Notes: generated by a model not told the origin, from the letters alone. A stretch of 52,097 nucleotides of DNA from Candidatus Elarobacter sp. (GCA_036498305.1 DASYFS010000512.1:1-52097); one strand, 5' to 3'; shown: positions 26,703 to 35,732, counted from the first letter of the stretch. Numbers and translations: made by a program.

Positions 26703-28186
26703 TGCAGTACCCGGGGCTTTGGGCGGCCGTGATCGTCGCAACGGCCCTTCCATGGTCTGCGGCCTCGGGCACCGGCGACGGCGATACCGCTGCGCTGCTC
26801 GCGAAACATCAAGCGTACGTCGGATGGCATGTCGGCGACGGCGTACTTAAGACGCTGAGTGCCGTAGGCACCGCGACCCGCGACGGGAAAGTGGTCAGAC
26901 AGTTCAAGCTGCTTCGCTACGGTCAGGCCTACCGCCTGACGACGATCCGCGAGCAAGGTGGACGGACCGCCGAGGGCTTCACCGGCTCCGTCGCGTGGAC
27001 CACGAGCGAAAACGGATTCACGGTGCGGGTCGTCGGCGACGCCGCGCGCCTCATGTACAGCACCCAGGCGGTGCTCGGCGAGCTGACGGGCACCGGCGCG
27101 TTCACACCCGCGCTTCGCCGGCACGAGACGATCGGCGGGGTCGAAACCGTCGTGCTCCGCCTGGCCTCGGCGATCGGCCTCCCGATCGAGGTGGCTGTCG
27201 ACCCCGCGAGTGGGGCCTACAAGCGCATCGTCATCGATCCTGAGGGCAAGTATGAAGCAAAACTCGACGACGTCGGCTACGCCGAGGTCGGTGGAAAGCA
27301 TTTCCTCTCGACGTGGAATCGCAAAGATCGCAAACCGACGGCGTATGCCTACTCGAAGTTCGAGCTGAACCCGGCGATCGACGTGAACGCGCTGCACCCG
27401 CCGAGCCAGACGTCGTCCTGGACGTTCGGGGACGGCACCGCGCCGATCACCGTAGCAAGCTATCCGGTACCGCGCATCTTCGTCGATGCCGTCGTGAATG
27501 GCCGCAAAGGCCATTTCATCCTGGACACGGGCGCCGACGGCACCTATATTCGCGACTCGTTCCTCCGAGCCGCCGGCGGCAAGAAGTTCGGGACCGTAGA
27601 AACGTGGAGCCTCTACGGTATGGAGAACGCGAACCTCTATCGCGTCGACACGATCGGTGTCGGCCCGTCCGTTCTCCACGAGGTCATCGTGAACAGCGGC
27701 TATCCCGAAGCGTGGTACGACTGGGAGGGCGCCGACGGGTTGCTTGGATTCGACATCATGGCCGCCACCATCGTCGAGCTGAACCTCGACGCGAAGACGC
27801 TGCGCATCATGGATCCGGCGGCCGTCGCTCCCGACGCCTCGAAGGGGTATGCGGTACCGGTCGACGTCTCCGATGGCCACATCCGCGTGCCGATGAAGAT
27901 CGACGACACCCAAGAAGCGCTGGCGATTCTCGACACAGGTTCCTTCGACTCGATCCTCTTCGCCCGCGATCTCGTCACGCGCCGGCACGTACGGTTCGGC
28001 GGACGCTGCGCGACGTTCGGATCGCTTACGATGGGTCCGATCCGATACGAGCGTCCGTCCGCGTGCGTGACCGACGCGTTCGCCGGCGACGAGATGCTCC
28101 TCGGAATGGACTTTCTGTCGCACCTCAACTACGTCTTCGACTATCCGGAGAGCCTCGTCGTCATGACGCCGCGCAAGCTGCCGTAA
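26702..28186 (+). CDS. Secreted bilobed retropepsin-like aspartyl protease (paralog 2)
   Basis: TAATG overlap with paralog 1; FILDTGA...GLLGFDIM and ILDTGS...LLGMDFL lobes; collinear with paralog 1. Confidence 0.82.
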   Translation: MQYPGLWAAVIVATALPWSAASGTGDGDTAALLAKHQAYVGWHVGDGVLKTLSAVGTATRDGKVVRQFKLLRYGQAYRLTTIREQGGRTAEGFTGSVAWTTSENGFTVRVVGDAARLMYSTQAVLGELTGTGAFTPALRRHETIGGVETVVLRLASAIGLPIEVAVDPASGAYKRIVIDPEGKYEAKLDDVGYAEVGGKHFLSTWNRKDRKPTAYAYSKFELNPAIDVNALHPPSQTSSWTFGDGTAPITVASYPVPRIFVDAVVNGRKGHFILDTGADGTYIRDSFLRAAGGKKFGTVETWSLYGMENANLYRVDTIGVGPSVLHEVIVNSGYPEAWYDWEGADGLLGFDIMAATIVELNLDAKTLRIMDPAAVAPDASKGYAVPVDVSDGHIRVPMKIDDTQEALAILDTGSFDSILFARDLVTRRHVRFGGRCATFGSLTMGPIRYERPSACVTDAFAGDEMLLGMDFLSHLNYVFDYPESLVVMTPRKLP

Positions 28187-28189
28187 AGC

Positions 28190-28225
28190 GAAGAAGGCCG
28201 CGCATTTGCTGCACGGGCCTTCTTC
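28190..28225. terminator. Hairpin between convergent protease and tRNA-Arg(ACG)
   Basis: GAAGAAGGCC...GGCCTTCTTC inverted repeat. Confidence 0.55.
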
Positions 28226-28232
28226 ATCAACG

Positions 28233-28306
28233 TGCGGTCGGAGGGACTCGAACCCCCAACCTACAAGTTCGTAGCCTGTTGCTCTATCCAATTGAGCTAC
28301 GACCGC
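28233..28306 (-). tRNA. tRNA-Arg(ACG)
   Basis: GCGGTCG/CGACCGC acceptor; anticodon arm ACAGG-CTACGAA-CTTGT; TTCGAGT. Confidence 0.95.
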
Positions 28307-28398
28307 GCGCGCGCTCGCCGGTTGTTGCGGAGCGACCTTCGGAGATACGTCGCCGCGAATGTGTTCCCTGCAGGCAGCGAGGTCGCGTGCGGACGATT

Positions 28399-28487
28399 CG
28401 GAGAGAGAGGGATTCGAACCCTCGATACGATGTAACTCGTATAACGGTTTAGCAAACCGCCGCCTTCAGCCGCTCGGCCATCTCTCC
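28399..28487 (-). tRNA. tRNA-Ser(GCT)
   Basis: GGAGAGA acceptor; anticodon arm GCGGT-TTGCTAA-ACCGT; long variable arm; TTCGAAT. Confidence 0.95.
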
Positions 28488-28555
28488 ACGCTGCGCGCGA
28501 CCGCTCCACGTTGTCGGATTCGGGCCGCGTCCCCTGCCGTAGGGCGGGCGCTTGT

Positions 28556-29674
28556 TCAGGCGGGCCGCCCCAGCGCTTCGATGCGGGCGGCGATCCGGTC
28601 GGCCGCGTCGGGGTGCCGGAGCGCGTCGGCCCGCTCCCGCAGCCGGCGCACGGCAGGTCGTCCGTCCAGCACCGCGTCCAGTGACGCGGCCAGCTCCCCG
28701 GGAGTGGCGACACGCAAGGCGGCACCGCTGCCGGTAAGATAGCGCACGTTCCGTTCCTCTTGTCCGGGGAGCGGCGGCAGCAAGAACAGCGGGACGCCGG
28801 CCGCCAACGCCTCCGAGGTCGTAAGCCCGCCGGGTTTGGTGATCAGCACGTCCGCCGCGTGCATCCAGTCGAAGACGTTGTCGACGAAACCCAGCACGCG
28901 TACGTCGCTGTCGTCCCGACGCGCCTGTTCGATGAGCCGGCGCTCGAGCCGCCGGTTCTTCCCCACGATGACGACCGGCTGAACCCCGCGCGCGTTCGCG
29001 GCGAGCGCGTGGGTCGCGCGCGCGACCGGACCGAGGCCGAGCCCGCCGCCCATCACCAGCGCGACCGCGCGGTCGGCGTCGAGGCCGAGCCGCTCCCGGA
29101 GCGCGCGACGATCGTCCGGCGGCACTCCGAACCGGCGATCCACGGGGATCCCGTCGACGCCGATGCGCTGCGGATCGACGCCGCGCGCCGCCATTGCGGC
29201 GCGAATCTCCGGGGTCGCGACGGCGTAGGCGTCGACGTTCTTGTAGATCCAGAACGGGTGGACGACGAAGTCGGTGACGATCCCCATCACCACGATCGAG
29301 GGATCGTAGAGACGTTTGTACGCCGACATCACGCCGCACGGAAAAGCGTGCGTGCAGACGACGACGCTCGGTCGCAGCCGCTCGATGAGCCCCGCGATGT
29401 TGCGCGCGGTGAACTCGGCCGCCCATTTCCGGAACCCGCCGGCCACCGTCGCGCGCTCGGCGCGGTCGTAGATCAGCCCGTAGAGCTGCGGGATCGTCCG
29501 CACCATCCCGATGTAGCCGTCGCTGACGACCTTCGAGAACAGCGAGGCGGCGTACCGGTAGCTGTCGTGCACCTCGCCGTCGATGCCGCGCGCGGCCAAC
29601 CCTTCGCGCACCGCGTCGGCCGCGGCGGTGTGCCCCTCTCCGACGCGCGCGGAGAGGAAGAGAACGGGTCCTAC
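28556..29674 (-). CDS. MGDG synthase / UgtP-like diacylglycerol glycosyltransferase (GT28); no canonical start before the conserved N-terminus
   Basis: VLFLSARVGEGH..AA, VVCTHAFP, IVTDF..H..W, GIPV, MGGGLG, KPGGLTTSEAL, PGQEERN. Confidence 0.88.
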   Translation of the reverse strand, partial: VGPVLFLSARVGEGHTAAADAVREGLAARGIDGEVHDSYRYAASLFSKVVSDGYIGMVRTIPQLYGLIYDRAERATVAGGFRKWAAEFTARNIAGLIERLRPSVVVCTHAFPCGVMSAYKRLYDPSIVVMGIVTDFVVHPFWIYKNVDAYAVATPEIRAAMAARGVDPQRIGVDGIPVDRRFGVPPDDRRALRERLGLDADRAVALVMGGGLGLGPVARATHALAANARGVQPVVIVGKNRRLERRLIEQARRDDSDVRVLGFVDNVFDWMHAADVLITKPGGLTTSEALAAGVPLFLLPPLPGQEERNVRYLTGSGAALRVATPGELAASLDAVLDGRPAVRRLRERADALRHPDAADRIAARIEALGRPA

Positions 29675-29976
29675 TTTCCCGGTTCCTCCGCCGCGGGCGC
29701 GCTCTCTTCGGCCAGGACGAAGAAATCGTCGAGGATCTCTTGCGCGAGATCTTCGTCCTCGAGCAGGTCACCGAACGCGTCGGTCACGACGAACTCGTCG
29801 GAGCCTTCGTTGTAGCAGACCGCGTAGGCGTTGTTCTCATCGTCTTCGACCAGGCCGACGACCTCGAAGCGCAGCTCCGTGCCGTCCTCCATGTGGAGCT
29901 CGAGGACGTCCTTGAGATCCAGGGGCTGCTTCTCGCCGCCGCTCCCGTTCGCGCCGGCGGTACCGTTGCTGTCGAT
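29671..29976 (-). CDS. DUF1292-like small acidic protein, putative ATC start
   Basis: LELHMEDGTELRFEVVG...YAV motif; AAGGAG 7 nt before the in-frame ATC; sits next to ruvX-mltG as DUF1292 genes do in Firmicutes. Confidence 0.68.
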   Translation of the reverse strand: MDSNGTAGANGSGGEKQPLDLKDVLELHMEDGTELRFEVVGLVEDDENNAYAVCYNEGSDEFVVTDAFGDLLEDEDLAQEILDDFFVLAEESAPAAEEPGK

Positions 29977-29987
29977 GGTCGTGCTCC

Positions 29988-31016
29988 TTATTTGAGGTAC
30001 CGCGCGACGTTCGCGTTGTGTTCGGCGAGCGTCTTTGCGAAGGCGTGGCGTCCGTCGCCCTTGGCGACGTAGTAGAGATAGTCGCTCGTTGCGGGGTGGA
30101 ACGCCGCGTCGAGGCTCGGCTTCCCGGGGTTGGCGATCGGCGTCGGCGGCAGCCCGACCCGGCGGTAGGTGTTGTACGGCGAGTCGATCTGCAGATCGGC
30201 CTTCGTGATGACGTCGTGATGTTCCGCGAAGACGTACTCGATCGACGCGTCGACCTCGAGCGGCATCCCGATCCGCAGCCGGTTGTAGATGACCGAGGCG
30301 ATCAGCGGCCGCTCGTCGTCCGCTTTACCCTCGCGCTCGACGAGCGACGCGATCGTGACGATCTCGGGGACCGTGCGGTGGAGCGCCTTCGCGCGCGCGG
30401 CGGCGTCGGGCGGCAGCTCCGCACGGAACTGGTCGACCAGGATCTTGGCGACGGCGGCGGGACGGTCGTCCGTCGGGATCAGATAGGTGCTCGGAAAGAG
30501 GTAGCCTTCGAGCGTCGGCGTCTTCACGCCGCCGAGCTCGATCCCGTCGTGCAGAAACAACTTCTCGTATGCGCCCGCATCAGAGAGATCGCGTGCCGCC
30601 AACGTCTGCGCGATCTGCCGCGCGGTGAAGCCTTCGGGGATCGTGACCCAGACCGCGAACTGTTCGCCGCGCACGAGCCGCTGCAGGATCGCATCGCTCG
30701 ACTGGTGCGCCGGGAAGCGATACTCGCCGGCCTTGATCGTCCCTTCAACCCGACGAAAGCGCGCCAGCAGGCGAAACGCGAGCGGATGCGCGAGCACCTT
30801 GTCGTTCTCGAGCGTATGCACGACGTCGCCGAACGTGGCGCCGCGCTCGATGATGACGTCGGTCTGTGCGACGGGGAACGAGCGGTCGCCGTAGACGGCC
30901 TCGCGGAACCAGGTCGACGCGGCGGCGACGATCACGCCGACGCCGACGAGGACGGCAAAGCCGACGCCGACGAGTGCGCGTCCGGCGCGCCTCACCGACG
31001 CTTCCGGGCTAGCCAC
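29988..31016 (-). CDS. mltG: Endolytic transglycosylase MltG
   Basis: TM; IKAGEY, VTIPEG, LEGYLFPSTY, ASLVERE, SPYNTY..GLPPTPIANPG. Confidence 0.95.
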   Translation of the reverse strand: MASPEASVRRAGRALVGVGFAVLVGVGVIVAAASTWFREAVYGDRSFPVAQTDVIIERGATFGDVVHTLENDKVLAHPLAFRLLARFRRVEGTIKAGEYRFPAHQSSDAILQRLVRGEQFAVWVTIPEGFTARQIAQTLAARDLSDAGAYEKLFLHDGIELGGVKTPTLEGYLFPSTYLIPTDDRPAAVAKILVDQFRAELPPDAAARAKALHRTVPEIVTIASLVEREGKADDERPLIASVIYNRLRIGMPLEVDASIEYVFAEHHDVITKADLQIDSPYNTYRRVGLPPTPIANPGKPSLDAAFHPATSDYLYYVAKGDGRHAFAKTLAEHNANVARYLK

Positions 31017-31414
31017 GTCTCGAGTATCCCCACTGCTGCAAGCTGATCGATGACCTTCTTCCGTTTCGCGCGTGAGACGTCCGCACCGATCAGCGCCTTC
31101 TGCGCGGCGGCCGTCGTGAGCCGTTCGTCGATTCGCTCGATCGCGCCGTCGAACCCGCGCACGAGGTGCGCGACGAACGCATCGATCTTCTCGCTGGCCA
31201 GCGCTCGCTCTCCCGCGAGGGTAAGCGGATCACCGACGACGATCGTCCGCGCGCCGCGCTCCCGCGCGATCGCGATCAGCGCGGCGACGTCGTCGCGGAC
31301 ATTGGTGCGCTCGAGCGTCGAGTGCGGGAAGACGAAGCCCGATTCGGCGACGGCCACGCCGATCCGGCGCTCGCCGACGTCCAGGCCGAGCACGGGGGTC
31401 GCAGGCTCCGGCAC
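30992..31414 (-). CDS. ruvX: RuvX/YqgF nuclease
   Basis: LGLDVGERRIGVA, IVVGDP, DERLTT, IDQLAAVGIL. Confidence 0.93.
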   Translation of the reverse strand: MPEPATPVLGLDVGERRIGVAVAESGFVFPHSTLERTNVRDDVAALIAIARERGARTIVVGDPLTLAGERALASEKIDAFVAHLVRGFDGAIERIDERLTTAAAQKALIGADVSRAKRKKVIDQLAAVGILETWLARKRR

Positions 31415-31415
31415 G

Positions 31416-32150
31416 TCAGGTCAGCTCGTGAACGAGGGCGCGCGCTTTCGGGCGGCGGCCCAGATGCCAGGTGACAAGATCGTCGGCGGCCCGGGCGACG
31501 GCCTGCGTCGCGATCACCGCCGCGCCGGCACCGCGCTCCGCGCCGATCGCGCGGAAGTTCTCGACGTCGCGCGCGTCGAGCGCATGCGCGTCGCCGCGCG
31601 CACCGTAGCAGCGCTCGCAGCCGAGGCCGCCTGCTTCGAGGTCGAGCCACGCGCCGTGCTCGTCGAGCGAACCGCCGCAGCGGATGCAGACGTCGGACGC
31701 CGGTGCGAGCCCGAGCGCGTCGAGCAGCCGCAGCTGAAACCGCGGGACCAGCGTCGCCGGCGCATCGCTCCCCGCGACGGCCGCGATCGCGCCGCCGAGC
31801 AGCTGGTAGATCTCCGGCAGCGGCAGGTCGTGCTCGCAGAACAGGTCGATCGTCTCGGCGAACAGCGAGCCGGTCGCGAACGCGCCGGGCCGGACGAGGC
31901 CATTCCAATACGAGCGGATCGTCCGCACCTCGGTGATCACGTCGAGCGAACGGCCGCGATGAAGCCCGACCCGGACTTCGGCGAGCGGCTCGAGCCGGCC
32001 GCCGGTCGCGCTCTTCGGACGGCGCGCGCCTTTCGCGACGGCGTCGACCTTGCCGCGCTCGCGCGTCAGCAGCGTATACACGCGATCGGCCTCGCCGAGC
32101 GGCCGCGCCCGCAGCACGATCGCGTCGGTCGTCGAGCTGCGCTCGCTCAT
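31416..32150 (-). CDS. recO: DNA repair protein RecO
   Basis: AIVLR...GEADR...LTRERGKV.AVAKGAR; Zn finger C..CG...GG..C..C. Confidence 0.93.
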   Translation of the reverse strand: MSERSSTTDAIVLRARPLGEADRVYTLLTRERGKVDAVAKGARRPKSATGGRLEPLAEVRVGLHRGRSLDVITEVRTIRSYWNGLVRPGAFATGSLFAETIDLFCEHDLPLPEIYQLLGGAIAAVAGSDAPATLVPRFQLRLLDALGLAPASDVCIRCGGSLDEHGAWLDLEAGGLGCERCYGARGDAHALDARDVENFRAIGAERGAGAAVIATQAVARAADDLVTWHLGRRPKARALVHELT

Positions 32151-32542
32151 CGTCCGCTCAGGTCGTCGGGACCGAACGCGTGCGGGAGCAGGTCGCGCAA
32201 CGCGATCCGTTTCGGCTCGCCGGCGTCGGCGTACACGACCGCCATCCCCGGGCCGAACTCCCACAGCACCTGGCGGCACGCGCCGCACGGCAGCGTCGTC
32301 GTTCCGTCGGGACCGCTCACCGCGACGACGTCGAAGCCGCGCGCTCCTTGCGCGACGGCGTTGAAGACCGCGGTTCGCTCGGCGCACATCCCGAGACCGT
32401 ACGACGCGTTCTCGACGTTCGCGCCGCTCCACAGCTTGCCGTCGCGGTCGCGCAGCACGGCGCCGACCGGAAATCGCGAGTACGGCGAGTACGAGCCGCT
32501 GCGCGCGGCGATTGCGGCGTCGAGCAGCTCGCGATCACTCAC
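32147..32542 (-). CDS. cdd: Cytidine deaminase
   Basis: YSPYSRFPVGA, GANVENASYG...CAERTA, PCGACRQ. Confidence 0.95.
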   Translation of the reverse strand: MSDRELLDAAIAARSGSYSPYSRFPVGAVLRDRDGKLWSGANVENASYGLGMCAERTAVFNAVAQGARGFDVVAVSGPDGTTTLPCGACRQVLWEFGPGMAVVYADAGEPKRIALRDLLPHAFGPDDLSGR

Positions 32543-33845
32543 GGGCGACCGCGGCCTCCTCGGCGTCCTCTTCCGCCTCCTGTGGGCTGCGTTTGAGAAC
32601 GCGCACGCTGATGATCCGGCGTCCGCGGGTGCGATCGACGCGCAGGCGCACGTCGGGCGCGGCCTCGATCTCTTCGCCTTCGCGCGGGAGCCGGCCGAAC
32701 AAGCCGACCGTGTAGCCGCCGATCGTCTCGAACTCTTCGTGCGGGAGCGTGATCCCCAGGGCCGCGTTGACGTCCTCGATGTTCGTCCCCGCTTCGACGA
32801 CCCACTCGTTGTCGTCGATCTGCCGGATCGGCTCTTCTTCGCCTTCGTCGTGCTCGTCGCGAATCTCGCCGACGATCTCTTCGAGCAGATCCTCCATCGT
32901 GACGAGCCCGGCGGTCCCGCCGTACTCGTCGAGGACGATTGCGAGCGAGAACTTCCCGCGCTGCATCTCGCGCAGCAGCTCGGAGACGCGCTTGTTTTCC
33001 GGAACGTGCACGACCGGGCGCATCAGCGCGCGCAGCGACGTGTTCGCGATCGCACCGTTCGAGAGCGCGATCAGCAGCTCGCGGTCGTGGACGACGCCGA
33101 CGACGTTGTCGATCGTCTCTTCGTAGACGGGGAGCTTCGAATATCCCTCGGCGATGACGAGGTCGAGCGCGCGGCGCGGCGACGACGTGCTCGACACCGA
33201 GACCATGTCGGTGCGCGGCGTCATCACCTCGACGACGATCGTGTCCCCGAACTGGATGATCGAGTGGATCAGCTCGCGCTCTTCTTCTTCGAGGACGTTC
33301 TGTTCGACGCCGACGTTGACGAGCGTCTTGATGTCCTCTTCGGTGACGTACGGCCCGATGTGCGGCTGCCCGCCGAAGATGCGGATGAGGCCGTCGGTGA
33401 TCCAGAGGAAGACCGTGGTCAGCGGTGAGACGACCCGGGTGATCATCGCGAGAAAGGGTGCCAGGCGCAGCGCGGTGCGATCGCCCGAGCCGACCGCGAT
33501 CGTCTTCGGCAGGATCTCGCCGAACAGCAGGATCAGGATCGTCATCACGATCGTCGACCACACCGCCGCGTGCGGTACGCCCGCGGTGATGAAGAGCTCG
33601 GTCGCCACCGAGTCGGCGGCGAGGAGCACGAACGTGCTGCCGATCAGCACCGAGGTCAGCGTGCGGTTCCGGTCCTCGACGAGCTTCTGCAGCCGCTCGG
33701 CACCGCGAATCTGCTTCTCGGCGAGTGCCCGGGCACGGATCCGGTTGATCTGGACGATCGCGGCCTCGGAGGCTGCGAAGAAGGCCGCCGCGCCCACCAG
33801 AACGACGAGGGCGAGGACCTCGGGCCACGAGATGGTCGACGTCAT
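32535..33845 (-). CDS. Hemolysin family CNNM/CBS/CorC membrane protein
   Basis: FFAASEAA, FGEILPK, VMTPR, YSKLPVY, LDEYGGTAGLVTMEDLLEEIVGEI.DE. Confidence 0.92.
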   Translation of the reverse strand: MTSTISWPEVLALVVLVGAAAFFAASEAAIVQINRIRARALAEKQIRGAERLQKLVEDRNRTLTSVLIGSTFVLLAADSVATELFITAGVPHAAVWSTIVMTILILLFGEILPKTIAVGSGDRTALRLAPFLAMITRVVSPLTTVFLWITDGLIRIFGGQPHIGPYVTEEDIKTLVNVGVEQNVLEEEERELIHSIIQFGDTIVVEVMTPRTDMVSVSSTSSPRRALDLVIAEGYSKLPVYEETIDNVVGVVHDRELLIALSNGAIANTSLRALMRPVVHVPENKRVSELLREMQRGKFSLAIVLDEYGGTAGLVTMEDLLEEIVGEIRDEHDEGEEEPIRQIDDNEWVVEAGTNIEDVNAALGITLPHEEFETIGGYTVGLFGRLPREGEEIEAAPDVRLRVDRTRGRRIISVRVLKRSPQEAEEDAEEAAVARE

Positions 33846-33898
33846 CGCGGCGTCGGCCGGCGATAGCCCGGTAGAGGGTCGGTATTCAAGCGGTCCAG

Positions 33899-33907
33899 AT
33901 TATAGCA
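33899..33907 (-). promoter_or_regulatory. Extended -10 sigma70 promoter element
   Basis: TGCTATAAT on the minus strand, about 55 nt upstream of the CNNM gene. Confidence 0.65.
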
Positions 33908-33922
33908 CACGGCGGGGAGCCG

Positions 33923-34303
33923 CTATGTTCGCCGCACGGCCCATACAACGATGCAGGCCCCGGCGAGCAGCGCGGAGGCGGCGGCGACGACGACCGCGGC
34001 GGCGGCGATGTCCTTCGCTCGCTTCGCCAGCGGGTGCTCGGCCGGCGAGGCCAGGTCGACCGCCGCCTCGATCGCGGTGTTCAGCAGCTCGGCGACGAGG
34101 ACGAGCCCGATCGCGAGAACGAGGACGGCCCAGGCTGCGGCCGGGAGCCGCAGCAGGGCGCCGCCGGCCAGCGCCGCGGCCGTAAGGACGACGTGGATCC
34201 GGAAGTTGCGCTGGCTTATCCAGGCGCTGCGGCACCCCTCGAACGCGTAGCCGAACGAGGCGACCAGGCCGTGCCGTCTATCCGAGCCGGTCGAGCGTGA
34301 GAT
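33923..34303 (-). CDS. dgkA: Diacylglycerol/undecaprenol kinase; start uncertain (ATC 34303 or ATG 34351)
   Basis: SFGYAFEG, QRNFRIH, AELLNTAIE..VD, AKRAKDIAAAAV. Confidence 0.9.
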   Translation of the reverse strand: MSRSTGSDRRHGLVASFGYAFEGCRSAWISQRNFRIHVVLTAAALAGGALLRLPAAAWAVLVLAIGLVLVAELLNTAIEAAVDLASPAEHPLAKRAKDIAAAAVVVAAASALLAGACIVVWAVRRT

Positions 34304-35732
34304 CGGCGGCCCCCTTCCAGTGCGCGTGATAGGCCGCTTTGGCGGCGGCATCGTCCTTGTGCTGCGCCGCCAGCGCTTGCGAGAGCCCCCACTCGAGGTG
34401 CGGGTCGTTCGGGAACCGCACCAGCTCGGCGTTGAAGACGGTCTCGGCCTCGGCCGGCTTTCCGGCCGCGAGCAGCGCCGCGCCGTAGCCTTCGCCGATC
34501 GGCGTTTCCCAGTAGTCCTTCGGATCGCCCTGGAAGTCGCTCTTCGTCGCGGCGTATGCGGCGGCGTAGGCGGCGACCGCCGCGTCACGATCCTTCGCGC
34601 CCTGCGCGATCGCGGCTTCGACGAGATGGCGGCGCACGCGGTCGGTCACTTTCGGCAGCAGCGCGCGCGCCTGCGACGTCTGCCCGCTGCGCCCGGCGGC
34701 GAACGCCCGTACCCAGTCCGACGCCTTCGGTTCGGCCAGGACCGCGGCGTCGTCGTGAAGCCGCAGCGCGACGTGCACGCGCTGCGTCGCGCCCTCGTCC
34801 TTGGCGGCGGCGCGCGCGTCGGCGTCGCGACCGATCGTCGTCAAACCGTAGAGCACGAAGTCGACGTCGTGGTCGTGATAGATGCGCATGTACTGCTGTC
34901 CCGGACCGTCGCCGAGCGCGAACCACGACTTGTCGTTGGCGACGGCGACCTCGTTGTCGGTGACGAGCCGTTCGTAGTCACCGGTGCGCGACCAGATGTG
35001 GCCCGCCATGTGCGGCAGGTGCGATTCGCCGGGCGGATACGCGTACGACGACAGCGCGTCGGCGTCGCTCACCGCGTCTTTGGCACGCTTGGCGTTCTCG
35101 AGCAGATGGATGCGCAGGTGGTGCGCGCCGAGGTTCGCCGGCTCGAGGACGAGCGCGCGGTCGAGGTCGTCGAGCATCTCGCGCGCCTTCGGCGTCAGCG
35201 CGTCCTTGCCGTCGAGCAGCACGTCCTCGGCGTTGTAAATCGCGAACGCCGTGATGACCAGCGCGTTCGGCTCGTCGCGTCGCGTCTTGGTGAACGCGCT
35301 CAGCGCATCGGCGTAGCGCGCGAACTTCTGCTTCTGCGAGCCGCGACCGTAGCGCCGTCCGATCGCGTCGATCAGCGTCCGCTCCTCGGCGCTCGCGTGC
35401 GATGCGTGGGCGCGCGCCTTCGCCGCCGCCGCGGCGCCGCGCGTCTCGCCTTCCGGCGTCGAGGGCCGGTTGATGTCGATCGTGTCGGCCTCGGCCATCC
35501 CCCAATAAGCGATCGCGAGGTTGGGGTCGCGCTCGGCCGCCGACTCGAACGCGACGCGCGCCTCGCCGGCGTCGAAGGCGTAGAGCATCGCGACGCCGCG
35601 GTCGAATGCCGACTGCGCTTTCGGGTCGGTCGTCGACACCGTCCAGTGCGCGTGCGCCTCTTCGCCGGCGCGCGCCGTGGGCGCACCTGCGGCGCACGCG
35701 AACGCGATCGCGCAGATTGCAGCGCGGATCAT
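34278..35732 (-). CDS. Secreted TPR protein with His-rich motifs
   Basis: Signal peptide; AQ.AFD.G...LYAF, DP..AIAYWG.A, GAHHLRIH, HLPHMAGHI..R.G. Confidence 0.82.
   Translation of the reverse strand: MIRAAICAIAFACAAGAPTARAGEEAHAHWTVSTTDPKAQSAFDRGVAMLYAFDAGEARVAFESAAERDPNLAIAYWGMAEADTIDINRPSTPEGETRGAAAAAKARAHASHASAEERTLIDAIGRRYGRGSQKQKFARYADALSAFTKTRRDEPNALVITAFAIYNAEDVLLDGKDALTPKAREMLDDLDRALVLEPANLGAHHLRIHLLENAKRAKDAVSDADALSSYAYPPGESHLPHMAGHIWSRTGDYERLVTDNEVAVANDKSWFALGDGPGQQYMRIYHDHDVDFVLYGLTTIGRDADARAAAKDEGATQRVHVALRLHDDAAVLAEPKASDWVRAFAAGRSGQTSQARALLPKVTDRVRRHLVEAAIAQGAKDRDAAVAAYAAAYAATKSDFQGDPKDYWETPIGEGYGAALLAAGKPAEAETVFNAELVRFPNDPHLEWGLSQALAAQHKDDAAAKAAYHAHWKGAADLTLDRLG

Noticed and set aside
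25054-28232. Integrative element or prophage at the tRNA cluster
   Set aside because: No integrase, transposase or duplicated tRNA 3' end was found.
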